The notes: generated by a model not told the origin, from the sequence alone. Positions 18,886 through 27,694 are shown, counted from the first letter of the stretch. The stretch is 64,000 bases of DNA from an uncultured Candidatus Saccharibacteria bacterium (GCA_965231055.1 OZ246411.1:409875-473874), one strand, 5' to 3'. A program made the numbers and translations.

Positions 18886-20358
18886 ATGGAGAAGCAAGTA
18901 AATACAATTGAATTATTGAATGAAAAACTCGTTAAGGGCGAGATTTCTTCGGTTGAGCTTACTAAAAAGTATCTTGAAAACATAGGATCAAAAGATAAAG
19001 ATATCAAAGCATACATAACTGTTTGCGAAAAAGAAGCTTTGGATCTTGCGAAAGAAGCTGACAATGAGTTGAAAAAGGGAGAGTCAAAAAATCCTCTGCT
19101 AGGAATACCTTGTGCCATCAAAGATGTGATAGTGACAGAGGGAATTAGATCAACTGCAAGCTCAAACATACTCAAAAATTATATTTCTCCATATGATGCG
19201 ACCGTGGTTACACTTTTGAAAAAAGCTGGAGCTGTGATTTTGGGTAAAACTAATTGCGATGCTTTTGCGCATGGAGCTTCTACTGAAAACTCAGATTTTT
19301 TTGCTACCAAAAATCCAATTGATCCAGAGAGAGTTCCCGGTGGATCAAGCGGTGGTTCAGCTGCCGCAGTAGCTTCAGATCAAGCTGTTTATGCTTTGGG
19401 AAGTGATACCGGAGGATCGATCAGACAACCCGCCTCTTTTTGTGGTTTAGTTGGATTAAAGCCTACTTATGGCTTGGTTTCAAGGTATGGGCTTATGTCC
19501 ATGACTTCATCAACTGACTGTATAGGGCCCATCACTAAGACAGTGAAAGATGCCGCATTGGTGCTTTCTGAAATAGCTGGTGGAGATAGTAAAGATGCAA
19601 ATACTAGTATGGATATGATAGGTGATTTTGCTAAAAATATAGATGGCCTTAGAGGCAAATTGAAAATAGGAGTTGTGAAGGAATACAATGAAGCCAAAGG
19701 CATAGAACCAGGAGTTAAAGAAAATTTTGATAGAGCTGTGGGTGTTTTCAGGTCACTTGGTCATGAAATTGTAGAAGTCTCTTTGCCACACGTTCCTTAC
19801 GCTGTTGCTGTGTATTATATAGTTACACCTTCAGAGGTGAGTGCAAACTTGGCAAGATATGATGGTATTAGATTTGGTTATTCCGCATTTACTGATAAAA
19901 AAATCAGCAAAGAAGTTAATGAGCTTTTTGAAGTTTATTCAAAGTCCAGAAAATATGGTTTTGGTAATGAGGCAAAACGAAGAGTGATGCTTGGAACCTA
20001 TGCCTTGTCGGCTGGATACTATGATGCTTTTTATCTCAAGGCTTCAAAGGTCAGAACTCTTATCATTCAAGATTTCGAAAAAGCATTTGACGAAGTTGAT
20101 GTGCTGATTTCTCCAACTAGTCCTAAAGTAGCATTTAAACTAGGGGAGCAAGTTCAGGATCCTCTTCAGATGTATTTGGAAGATATATTTTTGGCGGCTC
20201 AGAGCCTCGCCGGGGTTCCTGCTATTTCTATTCCTTGTGGAAAAACTAAACCTAAAGACGGTAAGATCGAAATGCCCGTGGGACTTCAGATAATAGGTCC
20301 TCAGTTTAATGATGCAAAAGTACTTCAGGTGGCTTATCAGTTTGAACAAAATAGTTAG
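18886..20358 (+). CDS. gatA: aspartyl/glutamyl-tRNA amidotransferase subunit A (amidase signature)
   Basis: amidase signature GGSSGGSAAAVA, Ser-cisSer-Lys triad context. Confidence 0.95.
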   Translation: MEKQVNTIELLNEKLVKGEISSVELTKKYLENIGSKDKDIKAYITVCEKEALDLAKEADNELKKGESKNPLLGIPCAIKDVIVTEGIRSTASSNILKNYISPYDATVVTLLKKAGAVILGKTNCDAFAHGASTENSDFFATKNPIDPERVPGGSSGGSAAAVASDQAVYALGSDTGGSIRQPASFCGLVGLKPTYGLVSRYGLMSMTSSTDCIGPITKTVKDAALVLSEIAGGDSKDANTSMDMIGDFAKNIDGLRGKLKIGVVKEYNEAKGIEPGVKENFDRAVGVFRSLGHEIVEVSLPHVPYAVAVYYIVTPSEVSANLARYDGIRFGYSAFTDKKISKEVNELFEVYSKSRKYGFGNEAKRRVMLGTYALSAGYYDAFYLKASKVRTLIIQDFEKAFDEVDVLISPTSPKVAFKLGEQVQDPLQMYLEDIFLAAQSLAGVPAISIPCGKTKPKDGKIEMPVGLQIIGPQFNDAKVLQVAYQFEQNS

Positions 20359-20383
20359 CCGTTTTCTAGATGCTTCGCAGAGT

Positions 20384-20500
20384 GACTTTTCATAACTAAA
20401 AAGTCACCAAAAGGTTCCGGGGGTGCTCAAAAGTCGCTAGCATTAAAGTTACAAGGTTAAAGTTTTTTACAAGAGGACGCTCCGACAGTTGAGCACCCCC
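20384..20500 (+). other. structured RNA-like element in the gatA-cca intergenic region
   Basis: hairpin AGTGACTTTT cataact AAAAGTCAC (20384-20411), then a 12-bp long-range helix GGGGGTGCTCAA (20421-20432) ... TTGAGCACCCCC (20489-20500) enclosing about 56 nt. Confidence 0.4.
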
Positions 20501-20540
20501 GTACCCCCATTGATACACTAGATAATTTATTTTTTACGAC

Positions 20541-21917
20541 ATGCTAACAGGAGCGCTGAAAATTTTATCAACACTAAAAGACGCAGGTTACACTGCGTAT
20601 TTTGCTGGTGGAGCTGTGAGGGATTTTGTTTTGGGAATTGCGCCAAAAGATATTGATATTGCCACCAATGCAAGGCCAGAAGAAATAGAAAGACTTTTTA
20701 AAAATACCAAGCCAGTCGGCAAGCAATTTGGAGTTGTTTTGGTAATCGAAAAAGGAATTGCGTTTGATGTTGCGACTTTTAGAGCTGATACGAATTACAA
20801 AGATGGAAGAAGGCCAGAAAAAATAGAGTTCGTGACCCCAGAAGAAGATGCTAAGAGGCGAGATTTTACAATAAATGGATTGTTTTTGGATATTGCAGGT
20901 ATTGAGAAAGACAAGATAGACAAGATCAATTCGCTTCGCAAGCTTAAAAGAAAACTCAAGTGGAATATCATAGATTTCGTGGGCGGCTTGGAGGATATAA
21001 ACAATAAAAGAATAAGATTCATCGGAGATGCTATCTCAAGAATAAATGAAGATCATCTAAGGATATTGAGGGCAGTGAGAATAAAAAATGAACTGGGATT
21101 TGAATACGAAGAGAGTACAAAAAATGCAGTTATAAAAAATATTGAACTTGTTAAAAAACTTTCAGATGAAAGAGTGAGGGATGAAATGGTAAAAGGAATG
21201 AGGTGCGAGAATAGAAAAAACTTTATCGAAGAATTTTCTAGCTTTGGTCTACTTGGCATCATTATTCCCGAGATAGAAGAAATGAAAAACATTGAACAGG
21301 GAGGTCTTTATCATAAAGAGGGGAATGTTTTTGTTCACACTATCATGGCTCTTGATGCTATCGGCAAAAAAACAATTAGCGATATTTCTATTTGGGCTCT
21401 TTTATTTCATGATATTGGTAAAAAGGAAACTAGGAGAATTATAAAAGGAAATCCTCATTGGTATAATCACGAAGCTGTGTCTGCAAAGAGGGCCGAAAAA
21501 ATAATGAAACGACTGAAGTTTTCAAATAGATTTATAGGAGATGTTTCTTTTGTCATAGGAAATGCTATTGGGTACAATCTTGAAAAAATGAGTAAGGGAA
21601 AAAGAAGAGAGCTATTTTTCGGAAGACTTGCTGATGATATCAGGGATATGATTATTTTTGATCAAATGGGAAAAATTCCATTTGATAGAAAAAGTGTACG
21701 CATGGCTAAAAAGTATTTTAGAGAAGCGTGCAGATTCAAAAAAAGATTCTATAAAAAATTTGCCAGTTATCTAAAAGGCGCTTATATAATGCAAATAAAA
21801 AATATTATTCCAGGGCCAAAAGTGGGGGAGATTATCAAGAAGACAAGACTCGCTATTTTGGATGAAAAAATAAGTACTGAAAATGAGATAGTAAATTATA
21901 TAAAAAGCATTAACTAA
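20541..21917 (+). CDS. cca: CCA tRNA nucleotidyltransferase with C-terminal HD domain
   Basis: GGAVRDFVLGIAPKDIDIAT polymerase-beta head motif, RRDFTING, HD region. Confidence 0.9.
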   Translation: MLTGALKILSTLKDAGYTAYFAGGAVRDFVLGIAPKDIDIATNARPEEIERLFKNTKPVGKQFGVVLVIEKGIAFDVATFRADTNYKDGRRPEKIEFVTPEEDAKRRDFTINGLFLDIAGIEKDKIDKINSLRKLKRKLKWNIIDFVGGLEDINNKRIRFIGDAISRINEDHLRILRAVRIKNELGFEYEESTKNAVIKNIELVKKLSDERVRDEMVKGMRCENRKNFIEEFSSFGLLGIIIPEIEEMKNIEQGGLYHKEGNVFVHTIMALDAIGKKTISDISIWALLFHDIGKKETRRIIKGNPHWYNHEAVSAKRAEKIMKRLKFSNRFIGDVSFVIGNAIGYNLEKMSKGKRRELFFGRLADDIRDMIIFDQMGKIPFDRKSVRMAKKYFREACRFKKRFYKKFASYLKGAYIMQIKNIIPGPKVGEIIKKTRLAILDEKISTENEIVNYIKSIN

Positions 21918-21931
21918 AATTATATAAAGGA

Positions 21932-21959
21932 AAATCCGCTTTTTCAGGGCGGATTTTTA
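21932..21959 (+). terminator. intrinsic terminator after cca
   Basis: AAATCCGC tttttcagg GCGGATTT followed by TTTT. Confidence 0.7.
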
Positions 21960-21978
21960 GTGTGCGAATATGATGGAG

Positions 21979-22197
21979 TCAGACTTCGACGCCGGCGGCT
22001 CTTCTGAGTGTTGAGTTTGCGTCTGGAACGAGATTGATAGGGGGTGCAGGTGTTCTTTTGCAGAGATGTGCGGGTACTCCATTATCTATTGTGATGGGAG
22101 ATAGACTTTCAAGATGTCGCAAAAACAATTCCTCGCATTTTTCTTGGGATCCGTAAAACTCTGCGTGGATATCAGGAGTGTCTTTGTATTTTGGCAT
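21979..22197 (-). CDS. small hypothetical protein (72 aa)
   Basis: start chosen at the internal Met with SD AAAGGATAG 6 nt upstream; the longer listed ORF (to 22386) would overlap the tRNA cluster. Confidence 0.5.
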   Translation of the reverse strand: MPKYKDTPDIHAEFYGSQEKCEELFLRHLESLSPITIDNGVPAHLCKRTPAPPINLVPDANSTLRRAAGVEV

Positions 22198-22349
22198 AGC
22201 TATCCTTTCTTTCGTGAGATTGTTATAATGAGCACCTTCTGTTTTATCAGCAATGCTTTGTTTTGTCAAAAAGCGCTTAATACTTGCCAAAAACAGACTA
22301 ATTAAGTATACTTTGTCAGTAATTGATGGAATTATCTTTTTTATATTAT

Positions 22350-22426
22350 CGCGGGGTGGAGCAGCTTGGTAGCTCGTCGGGCTCATAACCCGAAGGCCGT
22401 TGGTTCAAATCCAACCCCCGCAACCA
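22350..22426 (+). tRNA. initiator tRNA-fMet (anticodon CAT)
   Basis: C1:A72 mismatch at the acceptor-stem end, three consecutive G-C pairs closing the anticodon stem (TCGGG/CCCGA), CTCATAA loop, ACCA 3' end encoded. Confidence 0.85.
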
Positions 22427-22453
22427 AATTTATTTATTGACCAAATGTTTTTT

Positions 22454-22532
22454 GGGCGCGTGGTGTAGCCTGGTCTAACACGTCTCCCTGTCACGGAGAA
22501 GACCGCCGGTTCGAATCCGGTCGCGCCCGCCA
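22454..22532 (+). tRNA. tRNA-Asp (anticodon GTC)
   Basis: acceptor GGGCGCG/CGCGCCC, anticodon loop CTGTCAC, T-arm GGTTCGAATCC, discriminator G plus encoded CCA. Confidence 0.85.
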
Positions 22533-22543
22533 TAGAAATAATT

Positions 22544-22571
22544 AGTGTTCAGTTTTCAGTATTCAGTTACC
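22544..22571 (+). repeat. TTCAGT-rich repeat (family B) upstream of the third tRNA
   Basis: AGTGTTCAGTTTTCAGTATTCAGTTACC; related copies at 22688, 43349-43466, 43662-43717, 57061-57138. Confidence 0.6.
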
Positions 22572-22597
22572 TAAACTATAAACTCATATTTTATCAT

Positions 22598-22674
22598 GGC
22601 AGGGTAGCTCAGTTGGTTAGAGCGTGGGACTCATAAGCCCAAGGTCGTGGGTTCGATCCCCACCCCTGCTACCA
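22598..22674 (+). tRNA. tRNA with CAT anticodon: elongator Met or Ile2 (lysidine), not distinguishable by eye
   Basis: GGCAGGG...CCCTGCT acceptor, GCTCAGTTGGTTAGAGC D-arm, anticodon loop CTCATAA, GGTTCGATCC T-arm, encoded CCA. Confidence 0.8.
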
Positions 22675-22687
22675 CGAAAATTTCAAT

Positions 22688-22711
22688 TGTCAGTATTCAG
22701 TTTTCAGTCAC
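22688..22711 (+). repeat. TTCAGT-rich repeat (family B) downstream of the third tRNA
   Basis: TGTCAGTATTCAGTTTTCAGTCAC, direct repeat of 22544-22571. Confidence 0.6.
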
Positions 22712-22838
22712 GAGATTTTTGATGACTTTTGTAATAATAAATCCGCTATGCGGTTTTTTATTAACTTGATTTTATACGTAGAAGTGGTATTTTGTCTTGA
22801 AATGCAGAAATGGTTCTGCTTTTAAAATAGGAGGGTTT

Positions 22839-23213
22839 ATGGCTAGGAGAGTAGTAGTTTGTTTGTGTGAATCTGGAATTATAAAAATCGTAAAGTCTGT
22901 TATTGAAAGCGTTTGCGATGAATTAAGCATTGCTCGCGTTTTTGTTGATTCAGTTGAGGAGGTAAAATCGAATATTGAAAGAACTCTGGCATACTGTCTT
23001 CTCTATGTTGGAGAGGAACAAGAAAATCTCCTCGAAAAATTAAGGGGAGTCAAAAATGGTTTTCCGTGCAGAGTTGTCGTAATCAAAAATTCGTCAAAAT
23101 TTCTTGATTCTAATGCTCCGGGTGACAGAGAAATACTTTTTCCTATCAATGAAAGCGAACTTTCCGTGCTCGATCTTTATCAAATAGTTGGAAAACATTT
23201 GCGTTCTAACTAG
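22839..23213 (+). CDS. pseudo-receiver (REC-like fold) small protein, paralog 1
   Basis: alternating beta/alpha pattern of a receiver domain (RRVVVCLCES ... RVFVDS ... CLLYVGEE ... RVVVIKNSS); start at the Met with SD TAGGAGGG. Confidence 0.55.
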   Translation: MARRVVVCLCESGIIKIVKSVIESVCDELSIARVFVDSVEEVKSNIERTLAYCLLYVGEEQENLLEKLRGVKNGFPCRVVVIKNSSKFLDSNAPGDREILFPINESELSVLDLYQIVGKHLRSN

Positions 23214-23230
23214 CTAGGGGGGGTGGAAAA

Positions 23231-23620
23231 ATGAGATGTTTAGGTGTTTTGCGTGACAGCATTGTCGGTTTTGTATCTGCGCTTTGCCAGGATTCTGGCG
23301 CTGAGTTTATGCCAATAAACAATCTGGAGCAGGTAAGGGTGCTCATTTTCGACAAAATGTTTTGGCAAAATACAAAGATTATCTTCATTGATCACAATAC
23401 TCTTTCAATTGATCTCACTTCTCTTAATGGATTGATTTGTGATCTGAGGAGTTTTCAAGAAGAAAAAAAACTCAGAATCAATACGAGGTTTATTGTGATC
23501 AGGAATTCTCACGATTGCAAAATTTGTTCAGGACGCAATGTGCACAATGTTATGTTGCGTTCTGCGCATTACAGAGCTGATCTTTTGAGGTTAGCGCGGC
23601 TTGTCAGTAAGCTTTGTTAG
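23231..23620 (+). CDS. pseudo-receiver (REC-like fold) small protein, paralog 2
   Basis: VRVLIFDK ... KIIFIDHN ... TRFIVIRNS pattern; SD GGGGGGTGG upstream. Confidence 0.55.
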   Translation: MRCLGVLRDSIVGFVSALCQDSGAEFMPINNLEQVRVLIFDKMFWQNTKIIFIDHNTLSIDLTSLNGLICDLRSFQEEKKLRINTRFIVIRNSHDCKICSGRNVHNVMLRSAHYRADLLRLARLVSKLC

Positions 23621-23638
23621 CTTCATCTTTGAAAAATT

Positions 23639-23670
23639 GCGGGTCAAGCCTTTGATCCGCATTTTTATTT
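23639..23670 (+). terminator. intrinsic terminator (copy 1 of a duplicated 43-nt terminator module)
   Basis: GCGGGTCAAG cc TTTGATCCGC + ATTTTTATTT; near-identical to 24220-24251. Confidence 0.75.
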
Positions 23671-23785
23671 GGTTTTAGGCACAATCCCAGAAAGGGATTG
23701 CGATTTTCTTGATTTTTTATTTTAAAGTGATATCTTAGATAGCTAAATTTATGGTGCGTTCTTTCATTTTACAACGGAGGTTTTT

Positions 23786-24199
23786 ATGAAGACAATGATT
23801 TTTTTGGTGAGACCGAAGCTTGTCGACATAGTAAAGTTCATATGTCATGAGCTGGGATGGAGCTTGTCATCGTTCTCTGATCCCGAGCAATTCTTGACAA
23901 TCGTTGGGACTAGGAAAAGTGGCTCCTCGAGACCAGATTGTCTCTTGGTAGATTGTGCCACTACAAATAACGAGAATATTGAGGAATTAATAAGGCTCGT
24001 CGGTGAATTTTGTCAACAGGGTAAATCCTATGAGAGTCCTAGATTTGCCGTGGGTTTTTGCTCTAGGGGCGGTGAAAATGTTGAACCTTGCAGGGGGTGT
24101 AGGATGATCCGGATTTTTGTGGGCAAGACCGTTACTATTGAAGACTACCTAATATTTGAACAATCCTTGCGCTGGGAATTGTCACACGCTCCGTCTTGA
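23786..24199 (+). CDS. pseudo-receiver (REC-like fold) small protein, paralog 3
   Basis: MIFLVRPK ... PDCLLVDC ... PRFAVGFCS ... IFVGK ... DYLIFEQSL: Asp/Ser/Lys positions of a receiver domain are kept but the N-terminal acidic pair is lost. Confidence 0.6.
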   Translation: MKTMIFLVRPKLVDIVKFICHELGWSLSSFSDPEQFLTIVGTRKSGSSRPDCLLVDCATTNNENIEELIRLVGEFCQQGKSYESPRFAVGFCSRGGENVEPCRGCRMIRIFVGKTVTIEDYLIFEQSLRWELSHAPS

Positions 24200-24219
24200 T
24201 CTTTATTTTTCGATTTAAT

Positions 24220-24251
24220 GCGGGTCAAACCTTTGATCCGCATTTTTATTT
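24220..24251 (+). terminator. intrinsic terminator (copy 2 of the duplicated module)
   Basis: GCGGGTCAAA cc TTTGATCCGC + ATTTTTATTT. Confidence 0.75.
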
Positions 24252-24313
24252 GGTTTAAGGCGCAAAACTCACAAATATGGTAATATATAAACATATTTAT
24301 TAGGAATAAACTC

Positions 24314-25324
24314 ATGATTACAGAAATATTGGTTTTGATTATAGTGGGACTTGTTTTGGCTTTTATTGTCTCTTTATTGCTTACAAACAAGCGCTTTTCA
24401 GAGCTTATAAGAAGAGAAAAAAGCGAAGATAATGAGTCTATGAAGCTTATGCGCGATTGGATAGGTGAAACTAGATCTGAGCTCAAAGAAACTCGCAAAG
24501 AAATTCAGGGCTCAATAGATAAAAACAGGGATTCCGTAGATCGCACCAACAAAGCCATCAGTGAAAGACTAGAAAATGCTTCAAATGTTATAGGCAATGT
24601 GAAATCAGAGCTTGGCGAGATTAAGGAGCTTGGAAGACAGATGAAAGATCTTCAAGACTTTTTGAAATCTCCAAAGCTAAGAGGTAATTTGGGTGAAGAA
24701 ATTTTGAAAGATCTTTTGGGACAAGTACTACCAGTTTCAAAATTCAAACTGCAATATAAATTCAAAGAAGGTCAAATAGTTGATGCTATTATAAAAACAG
24801 AGAAGGGGATTATACCCGTTGATTCAAAATTTCCGCTTGAAAATTTTAGCAAAATGATGAAGGCGCAAACCGAAGATGAGAAAGAGAAATGCAGAAGGAC
24901 TTTTGTGATGGATGTAAAAAAGCATATCAATGACATTTCAAAAAAATATATATTACCGCTTGAGGGGACTGTTGATTTTGCTGTGATGTATGTTCCTTCG
25001 GATTCAATATATTACGAAATAATAATGAAAAGCGAAGAGCTCAACTTTTTTGCGCGAGAACAAAAAGTTTTGCTAGTATCTCCCAATTCATTTTATTATT
25101 TTATGAGAGTGGTATTGATGGGCATGGAAGGGCAGAGAATAGAGGAGCAGGCAGAAAAAATACTCAAGACACTTTCCACGATTCAGCAGGACTCCAAAAA
25201 GCTTGAAAAAGATTTGGGCGTGCTTTCTCGTCACATCACCAATGCTAAAAATTCGATGGATTCTACCATGAATAGATATGGAAAACTCGCAAACAAAATA
25301 GACAACGTAAGGCTTCTGAAATAA
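24314..25324 (+). CDS. rmuC: DNA recombination protein RmuC
   Basis: N-terminal TM, long coiled coil, C-terminal RmuC nuclease-like region (NLGEEILKDLL ... VDFAVMYVPSDS). Confidence 0.75.
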   Translation: MITEILVLIIVGLVLAFIVSLLLTNKRFSELIRREKSEDNESMKLMRDWIGETRSELKETRKEIQGSIDKNRDSVDRTNKAISERLENASNVIGNVKSELGEIKELGRQMKDLQDFLKSPKLRGNLGEEILKDLLGQVLPVSKFKLQYKFKEGQIVDAIIKTEKGIIPVDSKFPLENFSKMMKAQTEDEKEKCRRTFVMDVKKHINDISKKYILPLEGTVDFAVMYVPSDSIYYEIIMKSEELNFFAREQKVLLVSPNSFYYFMRVVLMGMEGQRIEEQAEKILKTLSTIQQDSKKLEKDLGVLSRHITNAKNSMDSTMNRYGKLANKIDNVRLLK

Positions 25325-25352
25325 TATAAACTAAATCGCAGTAATATTATTT

Positions 25353-26126
25353 ATGGAAAAAAGTATAAATATAGACAATCTAAATATAAACTATAAAACT
25401 TTTGGTAAGGGAGTAGATCTTTTGGTTTTGCATGGCTGGGGAGGATCCTCTGATTCCTATATAGAATTTGGAAAGCATATCGAAAAAATGGGTTTTAGAG
25501 CTATAGTTCCTGATCTTCCTGGTTTTGGCAAAAGTGACGCGCCCAAAGAACCTTGGACCGTGAATGATTATGTTCAATTCGCTAGGCTGTTTGTAAAGAG
25601 CCTAGGAATGAATAAATTTTTGCTTTTTGGACATTCATTTGGCGGAGGAATAGCTGCAAAATGGATGAGTGAAAATCCCGCAGAAATTTCCGGATTGGTT
25701 CTGTGTGCGCCTGCTATTATAAGAGACAAGAAAACTTTCAAAAAATCACTTTTCAAATTTATTGCAAAAACAGGCAGGGGGTTTCTCAATATCTCTAAAT
25801 CCCAAAAGCTTCACAGCATTGGAAAAAAAGCATTGTATAAAATCGCAAGAGAGCATGATTATGAAAAAGCATCTGGCGTGATGCAAGAGACTTTTAAAAA
25901 CGCTGTTTCGGAGGATCTGCTTAGTGTATTGCAGCAAATAAAAAAACCAACACTAATTGCATGGGGAAGGGGAGACAAATATACTCCCATATCTGAAAGT
26001 GAATTTGTAAAAAAAGCTATACCAAATTCAAAGCTAGTTATTTTTGAAAAAGCTAGGCACGGAATACATCTACAAGAGCCCAAGAAATTATCTTTGGAAA
26101 TAAAAAACTGGAGTAAAAATATATGA
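25353..26126 (+). CDS. alpha/beta hydrolase fold protein
   Basis: HGWGGS oxyanion region and GHSFGG nucleophile elbow. Confidence 0.8.
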   Translation: MEKSINIDNLNINYKTFGKGVDLLVLHGWGGSSDSYIEFGKHIEKMGFRAIVPDLPGFGKSDAPKEPWTVNDYVQFARLFVKSLGMNKFLLFGHSFGGGIAAKWMSENPAEISGLVLCAPAIIRDKKTFKKSLFKFIAKTGRGFLNISKSQKLHSIGKKALYKIAREHDYEKASGVMQETFKNAVSEDLLSVLQQIKKPTLIAWGRGDKYTPISESEFVKKAIPNSKLVIFEKARHGIHLQEPKKLSLEIKNWSKNI

Positions 26127-27694
26127 TTATACTTATTTTGTATGTTTTTTTGTTTGCCTTCAAAAGTTTTTATCATTTAAGGATGTGGCAAATAAAAGAA
26201 TACAGAACGGATAGATATGCTGCCATGTTAAGGACAAAGCCAGGTAGGGATTTTGTTTTTGGTAAAGAATTTATTTTCAAACTTTCGCTATTTGTATTTG
26301 CGTTAGTATTTATAGATATCTCTTTTGGAGATTTTGGAATATTTTCATATGTAGTATTTTTACTACTTTTTTTGTTGAGTATTTTGTATTTTTTCAAGAA
26401 GAGAAAACTTGCTAAAATGACTCCTAGGATGTTATTGACTGCGATAGTTTTGATTTTTATAACTACTGGATTGGGTGTGTTTTTGTACGATAAAACGCTA
26501 GATATTTATCCTTTGGTTTTGGTGGATCTCTGCATTCCTTTATTGGCGTGGATTGCTGTTGTTTTGGTTAGTTTTCCAGCTAATGCTATAAAAAAATCTA
26601 TTTACAATAAGGCGAAGAAAAAACGAGAATCCTTAAAACATCTAAAAGTGATAGGCATTACGGGGAGTTTTGGAAAATCTACTGTTAAGGATTTCTTGGC
26701 CACAATACTTGAGGAGAGGTTTAATGTTCTTAAAACAGAAAAAAACCAAAACACCGAGATGGGTATATCTAAAATGGTTATTGATAAATTGGATGAGAAC
26801 TGCGAGGTTTTGGTTGTTGAAATGGGTGCATACAAGATGGGTGAGATAAAAACTCTTTGCGATATAACAAAGCCACAAATAGGCGTTCTTACGGGAATAA
26901 ATGAGCAACACCTAGACACATTTGGTTCTATAGAAAATACTCAAAAAGGTAAATACGAACTGATTGAGTCATTACCTAAAGATGGAGCTTCATTCTTCAA
27001 TGCGGATAATCAGTACTCACTCTCGCTTGCACAAAAAACAAAAGGCAATGTTTTTACTTATGGCGCAGGTATAAAATCAGATTTTATATACAAAAATCTG
27101 AAAGCAGAAGGCGATTTAATAAGTTTTGATTTTTGTTCCCAGCAAGGTTCTAGTTGTGTAAAAGTAAAAGTTTGCGGCAAGCACAATGCATCAAATATAG
27201 TCGCCGCTATTTCGGTGGCACTTTATATGGGGCTTTCTATGGAAGAAATACTTGCGGGACTTCAAAAGATAGAAGTTCCAAGTAATGCGATAAGAGTTTA
27301 TCAAGGTATTAATGGCTCTTCTATTGTAGAGGATTCTTACAATTCAAATCCTGACGGAGTGATTTCAGCGCTAAAATATCTGAATAGTGTAAATAAAAAA
27401 CACAAAGTTGTTGTGATGCCATGTCTTATTGAACTAGGAAAAAAATCCAAACAGATACATGAAGATTTGGGTCGTCGTTTTTCAGCAGTTGCAGATGATA
27501 TTATTATTACTACTCCGGATTTTCTCAAATCAATCATGAAAGGCTCTGGTGAATACAAAAGTAGAATTAAATTTATACCAGATGCAAAGAGTATAAATTC
27601 CGAAATAGAAAGAATTGTCGATAAAAACTCAGCTATATTGATAGAGGGTAGGGTGGACAATAGCGTAATAGAATTTTGTAAAAAACATGAATAA
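26123..27694 (+). CDS. Mur ligase family protein (MurF-like central and C-terminal domains) with an N-terminal polytopic membrane domain
   Basis: about 170-aa N-terminus with 5 predicted TM helices; then GITGSFGKST P-loop, EMGAYKMGEI, GVLTGINEQHLDTFGS matching MurF motifs; start overlaps the hydrolase stop. Confidence 0.75.
   Translation: MIILILYVFLFAFKSFYHLRMWQIKEYRTDRYAAMLRTKPGRDFVFGKEFIFKLSLFVFALVFIDISFGDFGIFSYVVFLLLFLLSILYFFKKRKLAKMTPRMLLTAIVLIFITTGLGVFLYDKTLDIYPLVLVDLCIPLLAWIAVVLVSFPANAIKKSIYNKAKKKRESLKHLKVIGITGSFGKSTVKDFLATILEERFNVLKTEKNQNTEMGISKMVIDKLDENCEVLVVEMGAYKMGEIKTLCDITKPQIGVLTGINEQHLDTFGSIENTQKGKYELIESLPKDGASFFNADNQYSLSLAQKTKGNVFTYGAGIKSDFIYKNLKAEGDLISFDFCSQQGSSCVKVKVCGKHNASNIVAAISVALYMGLSMEEILAGLQKIEVPSNAIRVYQGINGSSIVEDSYNSNPDGVISALKYLNSVNKKHKVVVMPCLIELGKKSKQIHEDLGRRFSAVADDIIITTPDFLKSIMKGSGEYKSRIKFIPDAKSINSEIERIVDKNSAILIEGRVDNSVIEFCKKHE

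Noticed and set aside
20384-20500. SRP RNA (ffs) upstream of cca, prompted by a GGGGG ... CCCCC closing helix
   Set aside because: The conserved domain IV sequence (GGAA tetraloop with flanking AGCAGC/GGAAG symmetric-loop motifs) is absent.
21979-22386. 135-aa minus-strand ORF overlapping the initiator tRNA
   Set aside because: Its 5' half overlaps the tRNA-fMet gene. An internal Met with a good SD gives a 72-aa product that ends before the tRNA, so I annotated that instead.
22738-22762. Terminator after the tRNA cluster (CCGC tat GCGG + TTTTTT)
   Set aside because: It has only a 4-bp stem with a 3-nt loop, which is too weak to call confidently, so I left it unannotated.
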